Of a stretch of 64,000 nucleotides of DNA, positions 1 to 11,233 are shown one piece after another. The notes under the pieces are model-generated. The model was given only the letters and a program-made list of their open reading frames with translations, made no database searches and was not told the origin of the DNA. Numbering within the stretch: position 1 is the stretch's first letter; the number at the start of each line of letters is the position of its first letter. Position numbers and translations under genes: made by a program. The DNA is from Bugula neritina (lineage: Eukaryota; Animalia; Bryozoa): the NCBI GenBank assembly GCA_964035545.1, contig OZ037767.1:29776628-29840627 (forward strand), read 5' to 3'.

Positions 1-222
1 CTTTTATTACAATTTTTATTGCTGTTATATTTTAATATTATATCGTGATGTTTGCTGGTATTTGAACAACTGTATTGTATGAGTTTTAGCACACCTATAT
101 GTATTCTTTATGTTACTTGTAGTTTTTACGATTTAGAAGAAAATTAATAAAAGTGAGAGATTTGTTAAAACTTCTTCTCAGTCCGTACCAAAACCATTTT
201 TGTGGCGAGACCTTGCTCAACA
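1..222 (+). repeat. 5' LTR (partial) of BEL/Pao element
   Basis: Exact copy of the last 222 bp of 6797-7497. Ends in CA and contains AATAAA. Confidence 0.95.
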
Positions 223-766
223 GTAAAAACTTTATCTAAAGTGGTGAAGCAGTAAAGCGCTGCTTCCAAGTGGTGGTGAAAGAATAAAGATTCCTTTCCA
301 AGTGGTTGTGAGAGTCGGCAGTGAAGTCCTCGTCTCCAACTAGAGATAGCAGTCCGGCAAGTTCCATTTCGCAGCATTTTCCCTACTACCTACCCACTCC
401 TTTCCAAGAAGTCGTACCTTCAGCCAAGAGGACAATTTCAGCATTAACATTAACATTTCATTTGGAATTAATTGAAACCTCCATTCATTCCGGAAGTAGA
501 AGAAGGGGTGAGCAATTATATTCTTAAATACCAGGCAATCTAGGGCTTATAGTAACTTAGTATAGGAGTATTATTTGGTCCCTTTGTTGTATTGCATGTG
601 ATGACCTTGCATTGAGGGTGGGGTCGGTTCCTTGTTAATTGTTGAAATTAATTAGTTGGCATTTTCTGGTGGTGTTAGGTTGATGAATTCATAGGTTAGG
701 AAAATTGCTTAGTAATTACTTGACAAATTAGTTGTAACGTTTTAAGTGGTGTTTGAAACAAAAATC

Positions 767-3700
767 ATGTCTTCTATACATAGTGGTAGCCGTATTTCTG
801 AAACTAAGAAAAGTAGCAGAACTAGGGGTTTATCTGAAAAGGCTCAAGAAAATGAGCTGGTAAAAGGATTAAAGTCTGTAAATTCTTGTATCCGTAAATT
901 TAACAAGCTGTTGAAAAGTCAACCAGTTAATAATCCAGAAAATATTTCTGAGATGCAAAGCGCAGTTTTAGAAGCTCAAACCGAGCTGCATGTTCTTGGC
1001 AATTTACCAACTAGCAGTAGTAGTGAAGATCTTAGTGAGGTAGCTAAGCAAGTAGAAACAATGGCTAAAGTTCTTGAATCTATGCAAAAAAGTACTGAAA
1101 TTGATCAAGGGCAACACAGTGCCTCACCTCCTCTTGAAGTTCAAAGCCCTAAGCATTCAACTAAGGCTAGTAGCATTTCCGCTAAAAGTAATAGGTCAAT
1201 TCGAGTGGTTAAGAATAAACTTGCAGCAGCAAATGTTGATATAGAGTTAGAAACTTTAAGAAAGCAAGCACAGTTGAAAGCACAAATAGATGCAATGCAA
1301 TTAGAATTGCAAGCTAGCGAATTAGAAGCTAAAAAGCAAAGAATTATGGTTAGGCGTGACGTATTAGAAGAATATGATGTAGATGAGAGGGAGGAAATAG
1401 AAGACGCTCTTGATGTAATTTCTTTGCATGGCGACCCAATCATTCCTCCTCTCGAAAGAGTAGCTGTAGGTGAAAATTTGAATGTTATAGCACCTAGTTT
1501 AAACAATGAGCATCCAGCAATAGGTAACGGGCAGTCTTTGAGCAGTAAAAATATCAGTGATATACATGTCCTTGCAGATTCTATAACTAAAGCTATGCAT
1601 GTAAATCGTCTCCCCATACCTGAACCACCAGTTTTCTGTGGCAACCCTCTTGAGTATGCTGATTGGGAAATTTCCCTTAGAACTCTTATTGAGAGAACTA
1701 ATATTCCTGAATCTGATAGAATTCATTATTTGAAAAAATATGTGGGAGGTAGTGCAAGGGAGGCAATTAGTGGATATTTCCTACTAAATTGTGATGATGC
1801 ATATTGTAAGGCAAAGGAAATTTTACGTGAACGTTTTGGTTCTAGCTATACAGTAGCTGAATCCTTTAGAACAAAACTAAATAATTGGCCTAAGATCAAA
1901 CCTCATGACAGAATTTCTATTCAGAAATATTCAGATTTCTTGTGCCAATGTGAAGCTGCCATGCTTAGATTTGATGAGTTAAATATTCTCAATGATTCCC
2001 AGCAAAATAAATCCATGTATGAAAAACTTCCTGACTGGATGTCAAGTAGGTGGAAAAGGAAGTTAACGCAATTTAGAAAGGCAAATGGTGCTTATCCAAA
2101 GTTTGGCTTGTTTGTAGAGTTTGTAAAAACTGAATCTGATATTATTAATGACCCTGTGACAGCTAGTGTGGACCATGCTGATAGGATAGATGCTAAAAGA
2201 CCAATAAGCAGCAGTTATAGTAAACCAGTGGCTAACACACGTGTAACTTCTCTTACATCAAGCAAGCACTGTATATTTTGTGACATGAGTAACCACGAAA
2301 TTGATGAATGCTTCAAGTTTGGCAAGTTGTCAGTACATGAAAGAAAGCAGTATGCAAGTAGATATAAGCTTTGTTTTCAATGCCTTAAGGCAAATCACAT
2401 CAAGGCTCAATGCAACAAAGTATGTATCTGCAAAAAATGCCAAGGCAAGCACCCCACTAGCATGCATTATGGTAGTACACGTGACAATGCAGGGAATATT
2501 GGAAGGTCTCCGTCTAATAGTGGAAATTATACCCAAAATGATGGTCATTATAGTAGCAAAGTTACTAGCAAAAGCAGTGTAACCAATGATAAAGGAAATG
2601 TAGCATCAAACATAGATAGTGCTAGCAATGCAAACAACTGTAGTACTGTAAGAGCTAATTCTGGCCTGAGTTCCATGGTAGTGCCAGTCTGGCTGTGTGA
2701 TGCAAGTGCACCCGAAAAGGAAATCTTGGTATATGCTATGCTTGATACCATGTCTGACACTACCTTTATTACAACTCAAGCAGCAGATTGTTTAAATGCA
2801 CCAGGTGAAGCAACCTCATTAAAACTTACAACTATGAATGGCACTAAAAGCTCAAATGAATGCTGTAGGTACAGTGGTTTGATGGTTCGTGGGTATAACA
2901 ATGCTGACAAAATAGCTATTCCTTGTGCATATTCAACTAAAGTTATTCCCCTTGACAAGTCACATATTCCATCTGCCAAAGTAGCAAATGCATGGCCTCA
3001 TTTGCAGCAAATAGCACATGAATTCCCAAGTCTTGAAAATGTACCAGTTTCTATGCTAATTGGTTATGATGTGTCTAAAGCACTTATGCCACAGCAGTTA
3101 ATAGTAGGATCTCATGACACTGACCCATTTGCTGTTAGAACACCTCTAGGGTGGTGCATTGTGGGAAATACCAGCTACCCTGGCAGTAAGCAATTTAGCA
3201 CGTGCTGTAGGACAGTAACCTTGACCAATGAGCATGCATGCAAAAATGAACAGACAGCTGTAACCTTTGATTGTGCTACTGCAAACTCAAGCAAGCAAAT
3301 ATTGCCTCAAAATGTACTTGAATTGCTACAGCAAGACTTCATGGAAAATCAAACTAGAGCATGCACAACTATGTCACAAGAAGATAAGCTATTTGTTTCC
3401 AAATTAGAAGCAGGTATTGAGCAAAATGAAGGGGGTTATATCACCATGCCTTTGCCATTTAAAACTGATGCCAAGCCCTACCTACCCAATAACCGCTTGA
3501 TGGCTGAAAAGCGACTTGAGTCACTTAAGACTAAACTTAGCAAGAATGAGCACTTGAAGCAGGATTATTTAAAATTCATGAATGACGTAATTGATGCTGG
3601 TGATGCTGAGCTAGTGCCAGAGTGTGAAAAATCTCAAAACAACAGTACATGGTACATACCACATTTTGGTGTCTATCATCCCAAAAAACCAAGGAAAATC

Positions 3701-6700
3701 CGAGTAGTTTTTGATTGTAGTGCTAAATATGCAAACCTGTCTCTCAATGACCATCTTATTCAGGGCCCTGACCTAATGAATAGGCTGGTAGGTGTTCTAC
3801 ACAGATTTAGAAAAGGCCAAGTAGGGATTATGTGCGACATACAGAAAATGTTTCACATGTTCAAAGTTCACAAAAATGACAGAGACTACCTTCGGTTTTT
3901 ATGGTACACTGATGCTAGTTTAACAAAAGTAGCAGAGTACAGAATGACTGTACATTTGTTTGGTGCGACATCTTCACCAGGATGCGCCACCTTTGGTTTA
4001 CGTTACTTGGCAAATAAAAATCACGATGCAAACGATGAACACAGTGTTAGAGCTAAAGATTTTATAATCAATGATTTCTATGTTGATGATGGATTATTGA
4101 GCTTAAATTCAGTAACAGACATGGCCAATGTAATTTCTCAAGCAGTGGATCTTTGCAAAACAGGAAATATTAGGTTGCATAAGTTTGTAAGCAACAGTAC
4201 ACAGCTCCTAGATACAATACCAAATTCAGAAAAAGCTGAAACAATTAAGGACTTGAATTTGAACACAGGCAACAGTGTTCTGCCCATGGAAAGAGCATTA
4301 GGCATTAAATGGTGCACGCAGTCTGACAATTTTAAATTCTCAATGAATCTCAAACAAATCGAGCCAGCTACAAAGCGTAGAATTTTGTCAACAGTAGCAT
4401 CTTTATTTGACCCTCTAGGCTTCTTATCTCCTTTCATACTGTGTGGCAAAAAGATTTTGCAATCTATATGTAAAGATGGGACAACATGGGATGCCCCAGT
4501 AAATGAAGATGTTAGTGCTCAGTGGCTCTCCTGGAAACATGAATTTAACATGCTAGACAATGTAGCAATACCTAGATGCATATATCCTGCTAATTTTGAT
4601 ACAATTGTGAAAACTGAGCTGCATCACTTTTCAGATGCTAGTGCAATAGGTTATGGTCAATGCTCCTATATCAGACTTGTAAACAACCATGGTGATGTTC
4701 ATGTTGCTTTGCTTAGCGCTAAATCCAGAGTAATTCCATTGAATAAGTCAGTAACCATACCTCGGGCTGAACTACAAGCAGCTGTAATGTCTGCAAAATT
4801 GGCTGATTCTCTTAAAGCAGATCTTAAAATTGAAAATATCACAGATGAAATATTTTGGACAGATTCAAAAGTTGTTCTAGGCTACATAACCAATGAGGTA
4901 AAGAGGTTTCATGTTTATGTTGCAAATAGAGTGCAACAAATTAGAGATCTTAGTACACCTAACCAATGGCAGTACATTAACACACAATCTAACCCAGCTG
5001 ATATAGCATCTAGGGGAATTTCATCTATTGCCAAGTTGCTAGATTCCTGTTGGTTCAATGGGCCTGGCTTTCTACACGAGTCAGATTTGACTCACATGCT
5101 AACCACTCGGAACAAATTTGATATTGCTAGTGATGACCCAGAGGTCAAAGCCACCACACATGTTGTTGCAGTAAATGACCTCAGTAAATCATGGAATGAG
5201 AAATTCAAAGCTTTCTCTAGCCTCTCATCAGCTGTTAGAGCAATTAGTACACTACAAAAGATAGCTAGGGCTAAATGTAAACAAACCAAAACCACAGTTA
5301 TGTCAGATGTGGCATCAACTGAAAAGGCAAAGATGCAAATTTTAAAATGGGCTCAAATGGAGTTCCTAGCTAATGAATGCAAGGAAATTAAGGCTGGAAA
5401 AGTTACCAAGAGTAACAAAATACTCAAACTTGACCCATTTACTGATAAAAATGATATGCTAAGAGTAGGGGGAAGACTAAAAAATTCAAGCCTTGCCTAT
5501 GGTGAAAAGCACCCTATTATTTTGCCAAAAAAGTCTCACATCACTAAGTTAGTAGTTGACCACTGTCACAAACAAGTAATGCACCAAGGTCGAGGGATGA
5601 CAATTGCTCAAATTCAAAATTCAGGCTATTGGATTTTAGGCTGTAATTCTTTGGTCTCCTCTCAAATAGCTAATTGTGTCACATGTAGGAAAACACGAAG
5701 TGCACCAGAAATTCAAAAAATGGCAGATTTACCATCTAAACGAATAGAACCAACCCCTCCATTCACATATGTAGGCAGTGATTGTTTTGGCCCATTTGTT
5801 GTTAAGGATAACAGAAAAGAATTAAAAAAATATGGGGTTATATTCACATGCATGGCTTCTAGGGCTATTCACATTGAGTTAGTGGACGATTTATCTACTG
5901 ATGCCTTTATAAATGCATTGCGCTGTTTCATAGCTATTAGAGGGCCCATCAGACAATTACACACTGATAGGGGAACTAATTTTATAGGTGCTGCTAATGA
6001 GCTAGCAAGTGTTGCAAAAGAAGCAACTAGAAAAATTGAAAGCTTTTCTGAAAGTAATAGCTTCGAGTGGGTTACAAACACTCCCCACTCAAGTCACATG
6101 GGTGGTGTCTGGGAGCGCCACATAAGAACAATCAGGTCTGTCTTAAACTCAATGCTAGCTATAAACAGCACAAGGCTAGATACTAGTACACTGCGGACTT
6201 TATTATATGAGGTAATGGCAATAGTTAACTGCAGGCCACTAATATCTCAAACAGATGAAAATTACCCAATGCCACTAACTCCCAACCAACTATTAACTAT
6301 GAAGTCCAAAGTAGTGTTGCCTCCTCCTGGTCAATTTGATGAACAAGATGTATACTGTAGAAAACGTTGGAGAGTAGTTCAAGGGTTGGTAAATCAATTT
6401 TGGAAACGTTGGCGCACTCATTATTTGCAACAAATTCAATCCAGGCCAAAATGGTTGAAAAGGGCTGCTAACATTGCTGTGGGAGATGTAGTACTTTTAG
6501 TTAGTGATGACAAAAACAGGCGAGATTGGCCATTAGGCAGAGTAGTGGAAGTATTTCCTAGTGATGACAACTTAGTTAGGAGAGTTAGGCTTAGCATAGC
6601 TGATGCAGAAAAGTTAGACAGAAAGGGTAGAAGAATAAAATCAGAAACACAGCTTGAGAGGCCAATTCAAAAACTAATCTTCTTGTTTAGGCCCTCCTAA
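767..6700 (+). CDS. BEL/Pao gag-pol polyprotein (Gag, three zinc knuckles, aspartic protease, RT, RNase H, integrase)
   Basis: Uninterrupted ORF (first ATG 767; the track starts at an upstream GTG). Motifs: CIFCDMSNHEIDEC, CFQCLKANHIKAQC, CKKCQGKHPTSMH; protease MLDTMSDTTF; RT FYVDD; RNase H HHFSDAS; integrase DCFGP / DRGTNF / GVWER. The PR-RT-RH-IN order and triple knuckle are typical of BEL/Pao. Confidence 0.97.
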   Translation: MSSIHSGSRISETKKSSRTRGLSEKAQENELVKGLKSVNSCIRKFNKLLKSQPVNNPENISEMQSAVLEAQTELHVLGNLPTSSSSEDLSEVAKQVETMAKVLESMQKSTEIDQGQHSASPPLEVQSPKHSTKASSISAKSNRSIRVVKNKLAAANVDIELETLRKQAQLKAQIDAMQLELQASELEAKKQRIMVRRDVLEEYDVDEREEIEDALDVISLHGDPIIPPLERVAVGENLNVIAPSLNNEHPAIGNGQSLSSKNISDIHVLADSITKAMHVNRLPIPEPPVFCGNPLEYADWEISLRTLIERTNIPESDRIHYLKKYVGGSAREAISGYFLLNCDDAYCKAKEILRERFGSSYTVAESFRTKLNNWPKIKPHDRISIQKYSDFLCQCEAAMLRFDELNILNDSQQNKSMYEKLPDWMSSRWKRKLTQFRKANGAYPKFGLFVEFVKTESDIINDPVTASVDHADRIDAKRPISSSYSKPVANTRVTSLTSSKHCIFCDMSNHEIDECFKFGKLSVHERKQYASRYKLCFQCLKANHIKAQCNKVCICKKCQGKHPTSMHYGSTRDNAGNIGRSPSNSGNYTQNDGHYSSKVTSKSSVTNDKGNVASNIDSASNANNCSTVRANSGLSSMVVPVWLCDASAPEKEILVYAMLDTMSDTTFITTQAADCLNAPGEATSLKLTTMNGTKSSNECCRYSGLMVRGYNNADKIAIPCAYSTKVIPLDKSHIPSAKVANAWPHLQQIAHEFPSLENVPVSMLIGYDVSKALMPQQLIVGSHDTDPFAVRTPLGWCIVGNTSYPGSKQFSTCCRTVTLTNEHACKNEQTAVTFDCATANSSKQILPQNVLELLQQDFMENQTRACTTMSQEDKLFVSKLEAGIEQNEGGYITMPLPFKTDAKPYLPNNRLMAEKRLESLKTKLSKNEHLKQDYLKFMNDVIDAGDAELVPECEKSQNNSTWYIPHFGVYHPKKPRKIRVVFDCSAKYANLSLNDHLIQGPDLMNRLVGVLHRFRKGQVGIMCDIQKMFHMFKVHKNDRDYLRFLWYTDASLTKVAEYRMTVHLFGATSSPGCATFGLRYLANKNHDANDEHSVRAKDFIINDFYVDDGLLSLNSVTDMANVISQAVDLCKTGNIRLHKFVSNSTQLLDTIPNSEKAETIKDLNLNTGNSVLPMERALGIKWCTQSDNFKFSMNLKQIEPATKRRILSTVASLFDPLGFLSPFILCGKKILQSICKDGTTWDAPVNEDVSAQWLSWKHEFNMLDNVAIPRCIYPANFDTIVKTELHHFSDASAIGYGQCSYIRLVNNHGDVHVALLSAKSRVIPLNKSVTIPRAELQAAVMSAKLADSLKADLKIENITDEIFWTDSKVVLGYITNEVKRFHVYVANRVQQIRDLSTPNQWQYINTQSNPADIASRGISSIAKLLDSCWFNGPGFLHESDLTHMLTTRNKFDIASDDPEVKATTHVVAVNDLSKSWNEKFKAFSSLSSAVRAISTLQKIARAKCKQTKTTVMSDVASTEKAKMQILKWAQMEFLANECKEIKAGKVTKSNKILKLDPFTDKNDMLRVGGRLKNSSLAYGEKHPIILPKKSHITKLVVDHCHKQVMHQGRGMTIAQIQNSGYWILGCNSLVSSQIANCVTCRKTRSAPEIQKMADLPSKRIEPTPPFTYVGSDCFGPFVVKDNRKELKKYGVIFTCMASRAIHIELVDDLSTDAFINALRCFIAIRGPIRQLHTDRGTNFIGAANELASVAKEATRKIESFSESNSFEWVTNTPHSSHMGGVWERHIRTIRSVLNSMLAINSTRLDTSTLRTLLYEVMAIVNCRPLISQTDENYPMPLTPNQLLTMKSKVVLPPPGQFDEQDVYCRKRWRVVQGLVNQFWKRWRTHYLQQIQSRPKWLKRAANIAVGDVVLLVSDDKNRRDWPLGRVVEVFPSDDNLVRRVRLSIADAEKLDRKGRRIKSETQLERPIQKLIFLFRPS

Positions 6701-6796
6701 ATTTGATACGTGCCCTAAATGAATTAGAACCTACTGAAAGTTAATTTTTTTTGAATCAGTTTAGTTAATTTCCCTGAGTGAAATTAAAGGGGGGAG

Positions 6797-7497
6797 TGTA
6801 AAGGATCTAACAAAGAAGCATGATAGCCCTTGTTACAAATACCACTAGAACTTTTATTTTTAGCTTTTAATGGTGATATTTGTTATTATTAGATAGTTCA
6901 TTCTCCTGTGCAGCAATCAGCTGCCTAATAATAGGTAAAGCCTAACCGCCACCTTTGTTGAAGTCAGCTTTTATGGGTTTGACAGGAACTGATCCATCTT
7001 CCTTTATGAGGTCATTACATGTGCCCCATAGTTAGCTGACCCTAATTATAGCTAAATTTAGATGTAATTACCTTTTCTTTGTGATTGCCCTGGTATTTAA
7101 GGCAGCATTGAAACTCCAAAAAGACAGTCACTCATGTAGCCTAAGCTGAGCTACTTATTTTGTTAAGTTAAGTGACAAAGAGCTAAATTTTGAAGATATT
7201 ATAGCAAGCTCGTCAAGAGAATAAAGGTATTTTATTATTATTCTTTGCTATTTTTAACTTGATAATGCTTTATGTCTTTTATTACAATTTTTATTGCTGT
7301 TATATTTTAATATTATATCGTGATGTTTGCTGGTATTTGAACAACTGTATTGTATGAGTTTTAGCACACCTATATGTATTCTTTATGTTACTTGTAGTTT
7401 TTACGATTTAGAAGAAAATTAATAAAAGTGAGAGATTTGTTAAAACTTCTTCTCAGTCCGTACCAAAACCATTTTTGTGGCGAGACCTTGCTCAACA
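6797..7497 (+). repeat. 3' LTR of BEL/Pao element (701 bp)
   Basis: Starts TGT directly after the PPT and ends ACA. Its 3' part matches window positions 1-222. Confidence 0.95.
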
Positions 7498-7695
7498 ATT
7501 ATTATACACATATATAAAGTGTATAGCCTTTGAAACTATTCACTCTGTATATAATAAGGTTTAAACATTTACGGTGTTCAACGGATAAATTATAGACTGT
7601 TACATTGTATAATTCTGCAAATAAAACATTATACTCAATATTGTGCATATGTGATAAACTGCAAGAAGCACCAAACGCAGTATAGTTTTACTCAC

Positions 7696-9966
7696 CACCA
7701 AAGCTATCTTGTTCATGTAATAGTACTATAGTTCCTCCACTGTTTGTACCAGCTGATGTCAATGATGTGGCAGCAGTTTTTATGAGTTTGAATTTCCCAC
7801 GAGTTTCTAGGTCAGCATACCACTGTGGTTATGTAATACAAAAGGTCAGCAGCTTAACCCTTACGCGATCAATGGACCATATATGTCCCTGAAAGCGACA
7901 CTATCCACAGATCAATGGACCATATATGGTCTTTTAGGTAAATAAACGATAGCGCTTACTTTAAACTTCCAGTTTTCAACCGAAAAGCCTAAAAGTTTTT
8001 GTAATTGATGTTGATAGGGCAGCTTAGTAATTTTGGGATAATTAGAGCCCTTAAATCTGATTAAATTAATAGCTACCAAGCCAGCTAGTTGCTTTTCAAT
8101 TTAATCTCTAAATTTCAGAATTGTCGGTAAATATTAACGCTACTTTTAAATGCATGAAACTGCTGTCAAATCATAGAGAGCCAGTTTATTTTATTCAGAT
8201 TACATTTAGAAGAACATCTAAATAAACAGAAATGTTAAAGTCACTATATTTTGAATCATATTATAAATTAATTTTATCATTTTGAATTTTCAATTTTAAA
8301 ATGGCGGTTTTGAGAGGTCAAATTAAAATGACTTATTTTAGCTAGAATTGAGGTCTCCCGTCACTTTAAGAAGCTTTTTATAAAAGAAGATACTCTTAAA
8401 ATTATAATACCCAGTTTATTTAAAGCCAAAATCAAGTGTAACTTTTTAATAATGAAATTGAAAGTTAAGCAAAATTTGTTAGCAAATTTCGCGATAAACT
8501 CAAACGAGGCTTAAAATTACGTAACTTCAAAGTTGATCGCCAAAGGGTTAAATAACATGTGCACATGAATGAGCCGCCTATGAAAATTCATAGATGCATT
8601 TTTGTCTTTAAAATCAAACAGGTTCTTTGAATATGCTAAGTAAAAATTTTATTATATATTAATTTTGAAAAGATATAGCAAGCACTGGGCTAGTCAGCGA
8701 TTTAATTCCCAGTTTTGGCGATTGGTGGTGTTAGTAAGAGTAACCAGTCAAGAGTCAAAATTGCTGTCTTGTCACAATATAGGCATATCTGTGTGAGCTA
8801 AATGGATTTTTAGTATATTACATCATAAACTGTAAGATAAAAGTTTCACTAAATGAGAATTTAATGTAAAAAAAGAAGCAAATATTGAAAAGTGTGTCCT
8901 CATTCACGCTGTTTGAACACACATGAAGTTTTCCTTCTGCCTGCCAAGTGAAGCAGTGTTTATGCCAGCCATACAGTGTGTACATAGGTGTGTTGGTCAA
9001 CTTCATTCTGTATTTTCTTTTGATAGTCTCTCTTATTATATTGCGGCTGGTAAATCTTAAAGCAAACTCATTATCTTCACCTGCCAGGTAACACAAATAA
9101 AATTTTGTTTCTACTGCAGCCTCAAAATTATTCTAGTTATGAGTTGGGTATTATATCATATATAATTATAATGGAGCAATGAAATTACTGATTCAGTAGA
9201 AGCTAGCGAGGATGACCTTAATCATGTTGTGATTAGCTGCTCAAGTGTTAAATAATGTTTTTGTATTTTATGATGACAAATCTAAAACAATAAGATGTTT
9301 TAGATTATATTTTAAATGTTGAATATAAAAACAAACTTATATTAAATCAGATTACCTGGGACAGAAATAGAAAACAGGTATCTGCCAGTTTCAGTTGATA
9401 GGAAACCTTTAGAAAGCCAGAAACAGCAGGTAAAGTTTGAGAGTGCAGGTAAGTTTTCCTGGTATACATAATCAGTAGTAGATCTGTGTTGTGTGTATAC
9501 TGGGAGTTGCTTGCTCCTGCCACCTTTAGAACATAAATGTTAAGGTGTGTTGCTTAGCAGAATGTTGAGAGTTTTAGACTAATTTAGAAGTATTGAACAC
9601 TGAGTATCATATTTGAATATACAGTATTACAAACATATTACAAATTTATTGAAGCTGTTTAAAGTATATTACAGATATATTACAAAGATGCTGCAGGAAT
9701 AGTTAAAAATCAACTATTTTTTTAAAAACAATTTGCAAAGTCTAAAATTCAAAGGCAAAGTTTGCCAAAAACTGCTGTTGAAAGATTTTTGCAATACAAA
9801 TAATTAAAATGTCTACATATGAAATAACGTTTGGAACCTTACAGTTGGTATAGGGGTTGTATATAATAAAGTATTATATTATGTTATATTAAATACAGCA
9901 TGAACACTCACCTGAAATAAAGCCACAATTTGAGTAGAAAATAATCAAAGTGTGTAGAAAAAGCAT
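7696..9966 (-). CDS. Pentraxin-PAN/apple protein, copy 1 (type A); exons 1-4 only, remainder expected left of the BEL insertion outside the window
   Basis: Exons 9966-9912 (signal peptide MLFLHTLIIFYSNCGFIS), 9523-9356, 9080-8923, 7822-7696. GT-AG boundaries with consistent phases. Motifs FTCCFW, EDNEF, WHKHCFTWQ, LLHEQDSFG. Confidence 0.85.
7858..8547. mobile_element. piggyBac-type non-autonomous element (690 bp)
   Basis: TTAA on both sides (7854-7857, 8548-8551). Ends CCCTT...AAGGG with a 13/15 TIR match. Internal 19-bp direct repeat gatcaatggaccatatatg. The paralogous empty site cagcTTAAataacatg is at ~20281. Confidence 0.92.
8681..8800 (+). repeat. Degraded tRNA-SINE-like fossil in intron 3 (also ~12601-12712, ~20412-20530, ~25174-25285, ~31531-31655)
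   Basis: B-box-like GGTTTGATTCCC / GGCTCGAATCCC, followed by a segment resembling the GTCAGGAAGGGCATCC...AAATTGC body seen in invertebrate SINEs. Present and diverged in all five paralogs. It does not join the flanking exons in an open frame. Confidence 0.45.
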
Positions 9967-11233
9967 ATTCAGCGTTAAGCTGGTGCCTTCTTTATTAGAG
10001 ATGCACATATTTTGAAGCGCCTTCAAACTACATCTCAAGTTTTAACTAAACAACTGAAGAAAGTAATATATATATGTATATTAATATGTAGTATCAAAAA
10101 GATTATTGATTTCCAACATTTTTAATTTACTTATGCATATATATAATTTCTTCAACCTATAATTGCATCTATTTTATTGCCTTTTCTAATTAAGTTCATA
10201 AACAAAGACTCGTTTGTTAATATGCAGGTACTGGAAAGAAAAGAAATTTTACTGTCCATCACTTCTACAAGGCAAAGCTTTAAAGACATGTTTTATATCT
10301 GCAGCTAATAATTTAATTCATTAAGCAGATTAAGACCATTGGATGTGCGACTTAATATTCAAAGGTAGTTGGCAACTTAACAACTCATCAATTATTTTAT
10401 TATATATATTCAACTATATTACCAATAATACTTTATATTGAGTTTTCACTGTTGATGAGTAAAGGTATATAACACCTATATACCTATACGTAACTGTTAT
10501 TACATACCCTGTTTCATTATTTATAGCAGGAGCATCAAACAAACCTGCCAACACATTATCCAATTCAACTGGTTGAGTCAATATTCTGTTCAAACAATTC
10601 CCTGGTGACAGGTAATGACATGTGCTATAAAACCGTATTGTAAGCAAGCAAATTAAGTCAATATTAATATAATATTATTGCTTGAAAGTCAACAAACCTT
10701 TGTGTATTAATGTTATAAGCATTACCATGTATGATTGTAACATCTAAATTACTTATGTGTTTATATGTGATATACATATATATAATTAAATCTTAAATAA
10801 AACAGCACAAAAAGAAAAAAAAATTAATTGTATAAAGTGACAATCTTTTGAATAGCTGAAGCACTGAGCTAACCTAACAACAAAATTTCTATGGCACTAA
10901 TAGGTTATTGTCTTCTCCTGAAAACTTTTCAATATAAGACTTGCACTTAGGCCAAAGAGCCACAACTCTAATAAATGATGCATTCATTGTACATTGTGCA
11001 TTCATTACTTGCAGAAAAATCTTGCAGTGCTAACAAAACTTACAAAAAATAAAAAATATTCTACACAATAAAACCGGAACACGTTTTAAACTCGATATCC
11101 GATTTGCAAAAATTGTTCTTTACAGCATTTTTCTGCAATTAAACACAAAGAAATAAATAGACACAGATATTATACATATTATATAATGATTTATTAACTA
11201 TTACATCATACAGTCACTATATGCTGAGTATAA

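Larger units (their letters stand above)
1..7497 (+). mobile_element. Full-length BEL/Pao LTR retrotransposon (5' LTR truncated by window edge)
   Basis: 1-222 is identical to 7276-7497. The 3' LTR is 6797-7497 (TGT...ACA), preceded by a polypurine tract AAAGGGGGGAG (6786-6796). One gag-pol ORF lies between the LTRs. The right flank (attattatac...) matches intron 4 of the pentraxin genes, with empty sites at ~19929 and ~31043. Confidence 0.97.

Noticed and set aside
1141-6081. Antisense ORFs within the BEL and Gypsy polyproteins
   Set aside because: Expected shadows of long coding frames, with no independent signals.
10414-10647. Exon-like ORF upstream of type-A genes (also 22160-22360)
   Set aside because: No recognisable domain, and the two copies diverge in frame at the 3' end. 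It could be a 5' UTR exon or a remnant but cannot be supported.
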